Virus record (IMG/VR): IMGVR_UViG_3300020410_000413
Origin: a virus
Strand: one strand, 5' to 3'
Length of the DNA stretch: 40,209 nt
The notes beneath the pieces are model-generated. The model was given only the letters and a program-made list of their open reading frames with translations. It did not search any database and was not told the DNA's origin. Position numbers and translations under genes: made by a program. Shown in pieces: positions 18,385-26,993 of the stretch; position 1 is the stretch's first letter, and the number at the start of each line of letters is the position of its first letter.

Positions 18385-21300
18385 TTAGGCAAACTTAGCG
18401 ACACTGAAATTACTTTGTAAGTTGGCAGCATTTAATGATGCCTTGGCACCCATTAGACCTCGCATTCCTCCACCACCTGACTTCAACCTTTCAACTGCGG
18501 ATGCTGCAGCTGCAACGTTTGCTCTTACTGATGCGTTATGTGCTTCAACAGCAGCCATAGTTTCAGCAACAAGTCTCCTTGTTCTCTCTGTGATCTGCTC
18601 TCTTGCATATGATCTATCACTATATACCTTCTTAAGAGCATACGCTTCTTGTCTTTCTTGAGATTGATTATTACCCTGTTTCTGTTGTCCACCAGAGGGT
18701 GTGCCTAATATACTACCTGATGATGCATTACCTGATGATGCACCAGTCTGACCACCACCATAGTTAGTGCTAGATTGGAAAGCACTACCTCTTTTATTCT
18801 TTTGATATGCTTTAGTAGAAGTTTCTTTTGTGCTAGGGAACATTGGGTTCTCCCCATTTGCTACACCTAAATCAGTGTTCTTCATGTAATCATTGAAGAA
18901 CTTATTACCCTCAGTACTAAAGACAGTCTCTCCAAATTTTATTTGTGATGAGTCGTCACCCTTATTGTATATTCCAGTGTTCTTAAACGTTGTAGAGTTC
19001 AACAGTGCCATTGTTTGAGGCTCAGAGTATCCTTCTCCTCCTAACATAGAGGTCATCCAGTTAGTATCACTTGCTTTAAAGATCGCTGCTGATGCTTTAT
19101 TAGATAGAGAAGGTGATAGTTGAGCGTCTGGATTGAATGAACCTTGAATCTTACTAAGGATATCACCCATAGTTTGTGCACCACCGAAGTTAGCACCTGC
19201 TCCTTGATCAATTACACCTGCCTGATTCATTATGGATCTAGCCATAATTGCCATCTGTTTTGGATCACCACCAGATGACTGAGCTATGACAGTCTTCATT
19301 TGCTCTAGGTCACTTCCACTCATACCAATGTTGCCTGACCCTGCAACCTGATTGTCACCGAAACCAAACTGGATCTTATTTCTTACACCATGAGAACCTG
19401 GTGCCTTCTTATCACGACCAAAGATCCATTTACCCCACTTGTTACCAATGATAGAAGTTAATTTTAATCCTCTTCTATTACCGTACGCTTGATCAGCAAC
19501 CATCTGTAACTTAGATGTCTTATCACCTTTACCGTGCCAACTGACATCAAATGCTAGGTTCTTAGAATATAAACCACCTCTACCTCTTCTTTGTTTACCA
19601 GATGGATCGTATCCTGATCTATTAGGAGGTCCTTTTCTCCATCTATTATTCTTAAAGTTTTTATGATTATAAACTGTGTATCCTTGGTTCAAGAATCCAC
19701 GACCTGCCTCTACTACTGCCTGTTGTCCACCACCTACAAGTTTTTGATCTACACCTTGACCACCAGCTCCTCCTCCACCTACAGATGCACCGAGAACATT
19801 ACCTAATGCTTGGTTCATTCCTCCACCATCTGAACCCATCATGGTTCCCATGATATTACCAAGAGGACCACCCATATTGTTTGCCATCTTGCCAAGGAAA
19901 TCTCTACCAAGATGTCCAAGTCTTTGACCGAAGGTCATTCCCTCAGTGCCTGGTCCGAACATTGTCATGCCAAGACCACCGAGAGTACTCATCCAGTTAG
20001 CTGCTTTGCTACCTGGTTTCATGAACTGACTTGCTATATTAATACCACCTTTGAGGATGTCTCCAAAGGTTGCCTTGCCACCTTCACCACTACCTCCACC
20101 ACCAAAGACAGTCTGTAATGTACCTGCAATATTACCTGCTTTACCACCAAATACATTACCTATTACGTTTGTAAGGAGTGGGGACTTTAAGACAGATCCC
20201 ATTGTTGCACGACCATTCTTGTAGTCTATGCCCATTGATGCTCCCTTTAGCATCGCACCATAGGATGATCCGTTTGCTACAGGTCCTATGCCACTAGTCC
20301 CTCCAAGACTAGTGTTCTTAAACATATTACCGATACCAGATTTGATACCGCTAAACATCTTACCTAAGAAGAATTGTTTGTCACTAAGTCGTGGCATGTC
20401 AAACCCAAGCTGCTTTGCTTGGATTAAGTTTGCTTCAGTAAGACCAGGTAATTGTCGTGTAGCAAAGTTATTAAATGGTATAACAAAACTCTCACCAGTA
20501 TTTTTCTTCGCTACATACTCAGTTCCATGACCGATAAACTCAGGACTACCACCACCAGGACTTGTAGACACAGGATAACCTGAGTCAGGACCAGAGATCC
20601 AACCACCAGTAGCAAAACCAGGTAATACTTTTTTTAATGGTGCCTGACGGTAACCACCTGTTGACATCTCTTCATCAGCTTCATCATCAGCACCCATCTG
20701 TTTGATCTTATTAGCACCCCAAAGAGTTGTGCCAACTGCAATGGTTGCACCTAATGCTTTACCTTTCCAACCACCAGGAAATCTTCCTCTTGTTTTTAAT
20801 CCTTTAGAAAATCTAGTTAATGATCTATAGAATGTTGTTAGTACAAACCTAACATCTTTAATCAACTTAACAGGATTAGTTAACCATCTTATTCCTACAA
20901 AGATAGCACCTAAGTTTACAAATGACCTAGCAAATCCAGTTAGTCGTTCCCACCATGTAGCATCATCCCGTAAGAGATCATACAACCCGTCAACTATTCC
21001 TCCGATCCGTTTCTGTATAAAATTACTGATCCATTTAAACGCTTTGTAAATTGCTTCAATAGCATTGACTATCTTTTGTTGGTTCCTTTTATCCGACAAC
21101 CATTCTAACGCAGGTTTTATTATTGCTAGTTTAATAAACCCACTAAGAATTTGTAGTAAACCTTTTAAGAAATTAGGTGCGTTCCTACCTACAAACTCAT
21201 TAACAAATGATACGAACTTAGGTTTCTCTATCTTAGTATACTTGGGATCAAATGTATCTCTTAGTCTTTTCTTTTCGTCTTCTAATCTTTTTAGTTCTAT

Positions 21301-21486
21301 CTTTTTTATATCAGCAACAACACCACCAATAGAATTAATACATGCTCCAAGATTATTATATGCTTCAATGCTCTTCATCTGATAAGATGCTGATGCTTTA
21401 TCGGCAGCACCAGCCGCAGCACCCTTCGCAATATTTGGAGAGATTAACTTATAAACATTTATTTTGGTATCTTTAGATATCGCCAT
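18385..21486 (-). CDS. Tape-measure-like / hub protein with degenerate muralytic domains
   Basis: 1033 aa: helical N-terminus, hydrophobic segments, FATGGWISGPDSGY...HGTEYV motif, Gly/Met-rich middle, and SleB-like and M15-like segments near the C-terminus. Confidence 0.6.
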   Translation of the reverse strand: MAISKDTKINVYKLISPNIAKGAAAGAADKASASYQMKSIEAYNNLGACINSIGGVVADIKKIELKRLEDEKKRLRDTFDPKYTKIEKPKFVSFVNEFVGRNAPNFLKGLLQILSGFIKLAIIKPALEWLSDKRNQQKIVNAIEAIYKAFKWISNFIQKRIGGIVDGLYDLLRDDATWWERLTGFARSFVNLGAIFVGIRWLTNPVKLIKDVRFVLTTFYRSLTRFSKGLKTRGRFPGGWKGKALGATIAVGTTLWGANKIKQMGADDEADEEMSTGGYRQAPLKKVLPGFATGGWISGPDSGYPVSTSPGGGSPEFIGHGTEYVAKKNTGESFVIPFNNFATRQLPGLTEANLIQAKQLGFDMPRLSDKQFFLGKMFSGIKSGIGNMFKNTSLGGTSGIGPVANGSSYGAMLKGASMGIDYKNGRATMGSVLKSPLLTNVIGNVFGGKAGNIAGTLQTVFGGGGSGEGGKATFGDILKGGINIASQFMKPGSKAANWMSTLGGLGMTMFGPGTEGMTFGQRLGHLGRDFLGKMANNMGGPLGNIMGTMMGSDGGGMNQALGNVLGASVGGGGAGGQGVDQKLVGGGQQAVVEAGRGFLNQGYTVYNHKNFKNNRWRKGPPNRSGYDPSGKQRRGRGGLYSKNLAFDVSWHGKGDKTSKLQMVADQAYGNRRGLKLTSIIGNKWGKWIFGRDKKAPGSHGVRNKIQFGFGDNQVAGSGNIGMSGSDLEQMKTVIAQSSGGDPKQMAIMARSIMNQAGVIDQGAGANFGGAQTMGDILSKIQGSFNPDAQLSPSLSNKASAAIFKASDTNWMTSMLGGEGYSEPQTMALLNSTTFKNTGIYNKGDDSSQIKFGETVFSTEGNKFFNDYMKNTDLGVANGENPMFPSTKETSTKAYQKNKRGSAFQSSTNYGGGQTGASSGNASSGSILGTPSGGQQKQGNNQSQERQEAYALKKVYSDRSYAREQITERTRRLVAETMAAVEAHNASVRANVAAAASAVERLKSGGGGMRGLMGAKASLNAANLQSNFSVAKFA

Positions 21487-21491
21487 ATGTA

Positions 21492-21499
21492 TATTTATT
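21492..21499 (-). promoter_or_regulatory. T4-type late promoter
   Basis: AATAAATA immediately upstream of the ATG at 21486. Confidence 0.55.
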
Positions 21500-24400
21500 A
21501 TGCTTGAGCAGGTTGTGGCATTGGAACAGGTACCATCCTAGGTATAGGAACAGGTGTTTGAATCTCTACCAACTTCTCTAGTAACATAGGAACTGGTATG
21601 AACTCAAGTGATGACTGCATAGCATACTCTCTTGACATACCACCTTTCTTATTACTCATAGACTTTGCAGTTTGTGACATGATACCAAGCACCTCTGGTT
21701 TGACACCTAATTCAGCTGCCATATTTCTTAGACCGTTAACGAGTCCACCAGGACCACCTGCTCCCATCATACCTGTGATAGTTCTAAACAGTCCACCAAA
21801 TCCCATACTGTCTGCAATGTTACCTATCAATCCCATTGGTGAGAAACCATGAGGACCAAAGGAATCTAAACCAAATAACTGAGACAAACCTGGTACGTTA
21901 GCAACACCAGGTATCATACCAATCAGTCCACCTACGGCTGGGAACTTTTTCATGAACCCACCGAACTTATTAAGCATTCCTGATACACCTTCTGGTAGTA
22001 TTGATCCAAGACCGCCCATCAGTCCACCTAATGCTCCACCAATACCTCCCTGCATAAACCCACCTAATGCTTTACCAAATGGATTATTAGACATGAAGTT
22101 ACCAAACTTATCTGCAACACCACCAAAAGTACCAGGGAACATACCACCTAGAGCACCGATACCACCAGTAATTGCACCAAATATATCACCAGATGCAGCA
22201 GCACCTATAGCACGAACAGCACCTATAAATGGTGCAGCAGGAGGAAATACTATTGGAACAATAGTTCCTAAAATACTACCGATAGGTGAACTAACTACAC
22301 TTTTTACAACGTTAGTAACACCTTTAACTACACCACTAATTGCTTTAGTAACACCTCTGAATATCCTACCAAAGAAGAACTGCTTGGTGTTTAGTCGAGG
22401 TAACCTTCTTAATAATTTACCACCAGTTTCAAAACCAAATGGATTCCACCAAGCCTTTTTCTTCTTTGCTGTATCTGTCTTCTTAGATCCAATACCAAAG
22501 GCACCCTCTGGCATTGTGTCTCCATATCTTTCGTTGTCTGACTCTACACCTTTATATTCTTCCTCAGGTACAAAAGGTTTTGTCTTATAGGAAGATCCAA
22601 AATCTATACCCTCTAATGGGTTATGTTTCTTACCATGCTTTCTTTCATATGGACTTACATATTCTTTCTTCTTTTCTTTAGGAGTGATACTAAATGATCC
22701 TTCTGGGAATGTATCACCATACCTTTCGTTGTCTGTTTCTACACCTTTGTATTCACTTTGCGGAACAAAAGGAGTAAATTTATAGTCAAGGAAAGGATTT
22801 ATATTTTTCTTTTGTATTGCATTGACCTGTCCAATAGGAGTTGTTACACCATCCTTTTTATAACCAATTATTCTACCGCGTCTATTCTTTATAGGAACTC
22901 CTCTACTATCACCCTCAGCTTCCGAACCAGTAGTTTCTCCTGATGTACCAGCAAGATTACCTTCACCATCAGTGCCATCACCTGCGACACCATCCATTTT
23001 CTTACCAGTTTCAACCTTACCTGTTCCTGTATCTCCTGCTTCTGGGAAGAATGATTTGTGTAGTAATGGGAATGTGTTACCAGTAAGGTTTGCCATCCAG
23101 AAGACGTTGGGTATTTCTTTACCCATCATCATGCCAAACGGACCAAGCATAGCCTTCATGGCTACCTTAGCACCTGCCCAGATCTTATTTCTAAATGGTG
23201 TTAACTTAGGGATCCATTTAGGAGGATCTTTAGGGAAGTCTGGTATCTTAAACTTAGGAATACCTTTATAGAATCTTGTCCATCCACTCTTTATCCAACT
23301 CAACATCTTAGTGAACTGTCTGAACAGACCCATCATGTCATCTTTTAACTTCTGACCTGCTGCCTTCCAGCCACCACCTTTGAATCCAATGTATAATAAC
23401 TCACCAACATATTCACCACCCATCATACCTATGAGTGATCCTATACCTGGTACTGGTATGAATGTACCTAATGCTCCACCGACAGCTGAACCCAGTGTTT
23501 TAAATATTACTTTGTCCCAAGGATCACCATTTAGTATAGAAAATACGGCTGTTAAAAGTGAACCAAAGATAGGTATTCTACCAAAGGTATTTTTAAATGC
23601 ATTACTAAGAAGTTTTACATTATTTTTTCCAAGAAACTTTAAAGCACCACGACCAAACCCTCTGTTCAATCCTTTGCTTAAGATTTTACCTTTAGGTGCA
23701 GTGGTAGGTGAGAGACCTGATGTCTTAGGTGGCGGCTTAAATGCAGATGGATTTTTATTTGCTAATCTTTGTACTCTTTTAAGTGCTTGCTCTCTACTTA
23801 ATCCGTTCTTAAGTGCGTCACGATATACTTTCTCACCATTCTTACCAAACTTTTTAAAGATAGGATTGTTACCTGTCTTTACTTTCTTACTAAAATCCTT
23901 GACTCTACTGTTGACTCTACTATTACTATTAGATGTGTTCTTATTGTTAGTACGAGATTGTCTGTTTGGATTATAAAAATCCAGATTCAACATGCGAAGG
24001 ATAGAATCCATCAATCCAAATGGATTTAACAACGCTTGTAGTCCTACTATCCCTAGTAGTAATGTTCCTAAACCTTTTAACCTACCCCAAAAACTATTGT
24101 TACCATCAACTAATGCAGAGAATCCATCTAGTATTTTGGTTACACTACCCTTTGCAAATCCATATAACTTCTTGACTACAAAACTTAATTTCTTTAAGAA
24201 GACTGCTATCTTTTTTATCTCTCCTGCATCTGACATCCATGTTAGGAGACCTTTTATAGCAAGTAGATTTACAAGACCTGCAACAAATTGCATTGCAGAT
24301 AGTAATAGTCCCTGTACACCACCAAAGAGTGCCTTACCAAAACTTACAAGAGCACTCTCCTTTGGTTTCTTTATCTGTGATTTCTTTATCTTACCAATAC

Positions 24401-24683
24401 CTTTCCCCTTTAAGGCATTCTGTCTTTCAAACTCGTCTTCATTTCTTTGATCCCTTTCACGTTGTAATCTACGACGCTCAGTTACCTCCCTCATCTTATC
24501 AACTTTGATAGATGCAAGAGATATCTCATGAAGATCTTTTACTACAACACCAATACTATTGACAGTCTTCCCAAGACGATTGACCGCTAAAAGATTAGTC
24601 CTAGGACCGTTAGAAGCAAGAGTCTTCTTACCACTTCCGCTAGGATTAACTAATTTGTAAGGGTCTATTTTTGGGTTAGCCAC
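21498..24683 (-). CDS. Tape-measure-like / hub protein (paralogue of 18385..21486)
   Basis: 1061 aa, GTG start. N-terminus is similar to its neighbour (KIDPYKLVNP vs KINVYKLISP; NRLGKTVNSIG vs NNLGACINSIG), with long Gly-rich amphipathic tracts. Confidence 0.6.
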   Translation of the reverse strand: MANPKIDPYKLVNPSGSGKKTLASNGPRTNLLAVNRLGKTVNSIGVVVKDLHEISLASIKVDKMREVTERRRLQRERDQRNEDEFERQNALKGKGIGKIKKSQIKKPKESALVSFGKALFGGVQGLLLSAMQFVAGLVNLLAIKGLLTWMSDAGEIKKIAVFLKKLSFVVKKLYGFAKGSVTKILDGFSALVDGNNSFWGRLKGLGTLLLGIVGLQALLNPFGLMDSILRMLNLDFYNPNRQSRTNNKNTSNSNSRVNSRVKDFSKKVKTGNNPIFKKFGKNGEKVYRDALKNGLSREQALKRVQRLANKNPSAFKPPPKTSGLSPTTAPKGKILSKGLNRGFGRGALKFLGKNNVKLLSNAFKNTFGRIPIFGSLLTAVFSILNGDPWDKVIFKTLGSAVGGALGTFIPVPGIGSLIGMMGGEYVGELLYIGFKGGGWKAAGQKLKDDMMGLFRQFTKMLSWIKSGWTRFYKGIPKFKIPDFPKDPPKWIPKLTPFRNKIWAGAKVAMKAMLGPFGMMMGKEIPNVFWMANLTGNTFPLLHKSFFPEAGDTGTGKVETGKKMDGVAGDGTDGEGNLAGTSGETTGSEAEGDSRGVPIKNRRGRIIGYKKDGVTTPIGQVNAIQKKNINPFLDYKFTPFVPQSEYKGVETDNERYGDTFPEGSFSITPKEKKKEYVSPYERKHGKKHNPLEGIDFGSSYKTKPFVPEEEYKGVESDNERYGDTMPEGAFGIGSKKTDTAKKKKAWWNPFGFETGGKLLRRLPRLNTKQFFFGRIFRGVTKAISGVVKGVTNVVKSVVSSPIGSILGTIVPIVFPPAAPFIGAVRAIGAAASGDIFGAITGGIGALGGMFPGTFGGVADKFGNFMSNNPFGKALGGFMQGGIGGALGGLMGGLGSILPEGVSGMLNKFGGFMKKFPAVGGLIGMIPGVANVPGLSQLFGLDSFGPHGFSPMGLIGNIADSMGFGGLFRTITGMMGAGGPGGLVNGLRNMAAELGVKPEVLGIMSQTAKSMSNKKGGMSREYAMQSSLEFIPVPMLLEKLVEIQTPVPIPRMVPVPMPQPAQA

Positions 24684-24879
24684 TTGCTTGTTGAGCTGCT
24701 TGTTGATCCTTCATTCGTTTCTCTTCTTCTCTTAAGAAGTCGATTAACATTGTGACATAGATTTCCTTCTCCCAAGGCATAAGGTTTTCAATGTGTTCTA
24801 TATGCCATTTGTGATGATGTATTAATGCAAAGTTAGTATCATAATACTGTCTCAGTGTATTATGGAGAAGGGCTATCCG
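24676..24879 (-). CDS. gp51: gp51-like (baseplate hub assembly) reading frame lacking its own start codon; not in the ORF track
   Basis: The -1 frame relative to gp26 reads RIALLHNTLRQYYDTNFALIHHHKWHIEHIENLMPWEKEIYVTMLIDFLREEEKRMKDQQAAQQASG*. YYxTNFAL..HHKW...IENLMPWE..IY is the short cyanophage gp51-type motif. The first ATG (24780) falls after half of that motif. Confidence 0.8.
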   Translation of the reverse strand, partial: RIALLHNTLRQYYDTNFALIHHHKWHIEHIENLMPWEKEIYVTMLIDFLREEEKRMKDQQAAQQASG

Positions 24880-25583
24880 AAAAAAGATGCTAGACCTTCT
24901 AGTGTAACGTCGCTCACTACTTTAGTGTTTGGGTTAGTAACCTTAAGTGTGTGAGTTAACTTAGGCATTGTCTCAAAGAATTGTTGAACATCTTTAAACT
25001 GAGCTGAACTCATTGAGTCTAAAAATTCTAACACTTCTTTATGAGGCATGTTCTTACAGTCATGTACTTCTTCTGGTGTAGTGACACTCTTCACACAACT
25101 TGCTGCCATCTCAAAGATTTGATCTACATCTTGTCCGTCATTAACGAAGTTTGCTTTAACAAATGTATCAAGACTTGGGTAGTCCATAGTAATTAAGATC
25201 TCATCTGATATCTTAATCTCTCTGCTATGACCTTTAGTCTTCTTAACTTTGATAGAATCAAGAGGGATCTTAACTTCTACCTGTGTTTCATTATCATCAG
25301 GGCAGGTCACACCTACATCTACACTCTCACCAACAGACTTGGTTCTGATCTGTAAGAATACAAATTCAATATCAAATGTTGGTAGTGCTTCTACGTCTTT
25401 AATATCAGTGCAAGCTGCAATGATATCTTTGATAGCATTCACAATACTATCTTGGTTGCCAGTTTCAGTAGCAATTAATAGAACTTTCTCTTCCTTGACA
25501 AGGAATGGTCTATAGTTTACAACTCTACCGTCAGACGGTAGTTTCATTTTAAATTTTGGGGTTACTAAGGTCGGTAATGCCAT
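24873..25583 (-). CDS. gp26: Baseplate hub assembly protein gp26
   Basis: MALPTLVTPKF...YRPFLVKEEKVLL...FDIEFVFLQIRTKSVGE...CPDD...LEGLASFFG. Confidence 0.88.
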   Translation of the reverse strand: MALPTLVTPKFKMKLPSDGRVVNYRPFLVKEEKVLLIATETGNQDSIVNAIKDIIAACTDIKDVEALPTFDIEFVFLQIRTKSVGESVDVGVTCPDDNETQVEVKIPLDSIKVKKTKGHSREIKISDEILITMDYPSLDTFVKANFVNDGQDVDQIFEMAASCVKSVTTPEEVHDCKNMPHKEVLEFLDSMSSAQFKDVQQFFETMPKLTHTLKVTNPNTKVVSDVTLEGLASFFG

Positions 25584-25605
25584 AATAATTTCAATTCAGT
25601 ACAAT

Positions 25606-25612
25606 TATTTAG
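25606..25612 (-). promoter_or_regulatory. Late-promoter variant
   Basis: CTAAATA about 22 nt upstream of the gp26 ATG. Confidence 0.45.
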
Positions 25613-25619
25613 GGAGGTT

Positions 25620-26537
25620 CTAGAAGTTATATGTGATCCACTTAGATCTATCCTTTACTGTTCTAACAGATGCCTTTCTAGGATCGTGTTGATGATCACC
25701 AGGAATATGTGCTTCATGAGTTCCCCAGTCGGTATACGATGGAACATAGTATCTATATCGTTCAAAATAAAATCCTACAGTCAGTGTATTAACTCTTGAC
25801 TCCATGTTATTCAACTGAGTTGAACCTAGATTAAATGGGAACACCTGTCTCAGTTCCCACATAGCAACGATACGATTTCGTTGTGGCATTCCAAGCCATC
25901 CCTGTCCAGTTCCACATTTCTTTACGTATGATGCCCACCTATCTTTATCAAAAATACTAAGTATATTTCCTCCTCCTCTCTCCCATTTGAATATCCTTAC
26001 TACAGGTGCACAATAATTATCATAGAAATCTACATATTGATCTGCATCATTCCTTGTGAATGCCATCCATCTTTCAAAAAGTGTTCTTGTCTTATGGTTA
26101 GCTGGAACCTTGAATGTCATACTTACTTGACTGAAGTTAGTACCAGTAATATATCTGTGCGGTGAACCCATTGTAACTAATTGTCCAGTCGCCATCTGTT
26201 TACTAGGTAAACTTACGCTATCACAATAGTAATCTAATAAGAATGCCTCATCATTATTACTTAAAGACCAACCTGGTTGACTACCAAACATGGAGGGTGT
26301 AAGAAAATGCACCGAGTACATGTTAGTGTAACTAGGATTGTTCTGTAGTTTTCTAGAGAACGCAAGGAACTCTTGGAAAGAACTATCTCTAGCATCTTGT
26401 TGATTAGGAACTGATCCTCCAAACAAATTATACTTAGAGTTAAATGCTGCAGCATAATCTTGTAGTGTCTGATCAAATGCAGGACCTATTGAGTTGAATA
26501 AGTTTGATGTAACGGATGATATTAATGATCCTAACAT
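25620..26537 (-). CDS. Tail-tube-like baseplate protein (gp19/gp54 family)
   Basis: YYCDSVSLPSK, MTF....KTRTLFERWM and WELRQVFP.NLG..QL.....LTVGFYFERY are tube-fold motifs. Confidence 0.7.
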   Translation of the reverse strand: MLGSLISSVTSNLFNSIGPAFDQTLQDYAAAFNSKYNLFGGSVPNQQDARDSSFQEFLAFSRKLQNNPSYTNMYSVHFLTPSMFGSQPGWSLSNNDEAFLLDYYCDSVSLPSKQMATGQLVTMGSPHRYITGTNFSQVSMTFKVPANHKTRTLFERWMAFTRNDADQYVDFYDNYCAPVVRIFKWERGGGNILSIFDKDRWASYVKKCGTGQGWLGMPQRNRIVAMWELRQVFPFNLGSTQLNNMESRVNTLTVGFYFERYRYYVPSYTDWGTHEAHIPGDHQHDPRKASVRTVKDRSKWITYNF

Positions 26538-26956
26538 TATACTTTAAGCTCCTTTTCTGTGATTAACATGAACTCCCATCCACGATCTTTACAATATTCT
26601 TTAGCTGCTTCCCACTTTGCTTGATTAATAGCATAGGTAACAACCTCTGTGATATATGCTTTAGTTTGTCTCTTTTGTTTCTTAGGTTGTTTAGTCTGTC
26701 TTAGAGGTTTAACCTCAACCATATACTTCTTGCGTCCTATTTTTACATAGAAATCAGGAAAGTATCTGTGCCGACGACCATCAGCAGGAGAGATGTATGG
26801 AATAACTATCTCTTCACTACCCCATTCAGTAACAGAAGATGACCTATCACACCAAACCATGAACTTATACTCCCACGAAGACCTATAAATAATGTTATGA
26901 TAATCACCTTTGTACTTTCGTGGAAAGGTAGGACGGTATTTTCCTTGATACCTCAT
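26537..26956 (-). CDS. gp4: Head completion protein gp4 (TnsA-like nuclease fold)
   Basis: MRYQGKY.P..P.KYKGD...IIYRSSWE.KFM.WCD...WGSEEI.IPY.SP.D...HRYFPDF...EVKP. The likely start is the ATG at 26956 rather than 26974. Confidence 0.9.
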   Translation of the reverse strand: MRYQGKYRPTFPRKYKGDYHNIIYRSSWEYKFMVWCDRSSSVTEWGSEEIVIPYISPADGRRHRYFPDFYVKIGRKKYMVEVKPLRQTKQPKKQKRQTKAYITEVVTYAINQAKWEAAKEYCKDRGWEFMLITEKELKV

Positions 26957-26985
26957 AAATAATACATGTATCAAAGACTATTTAG
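26954..26985. promoter_or_regulatory. Overlapping face-to-face late promoters for gp48 (+) and gp4 (-)
   Basis: CATAAATA at 26954-26961 on the + strand and CTAAATA at 26979-26985 on the - strand. Confidence 0.5.
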
Positions 26986-26993
26986 GTAGAAAG

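Noticed and set aside
21952-22590. 212-aa Pro-rich + strand ORF, and similar long antisense ORFs at 7067, 23380, 23992 and 29981
   Set aside because: These are shadow frames of Gly-rich or low-complexity minus-strand genes (GGN read as NCC/CCN); they have no SD and no family motif.
26537-26956. TnsA-like nuclease as a mobile element or homing endonuclease
   Set aside because: Sequence and position match head-completion gp4; there are no flanking repeats or transposase.
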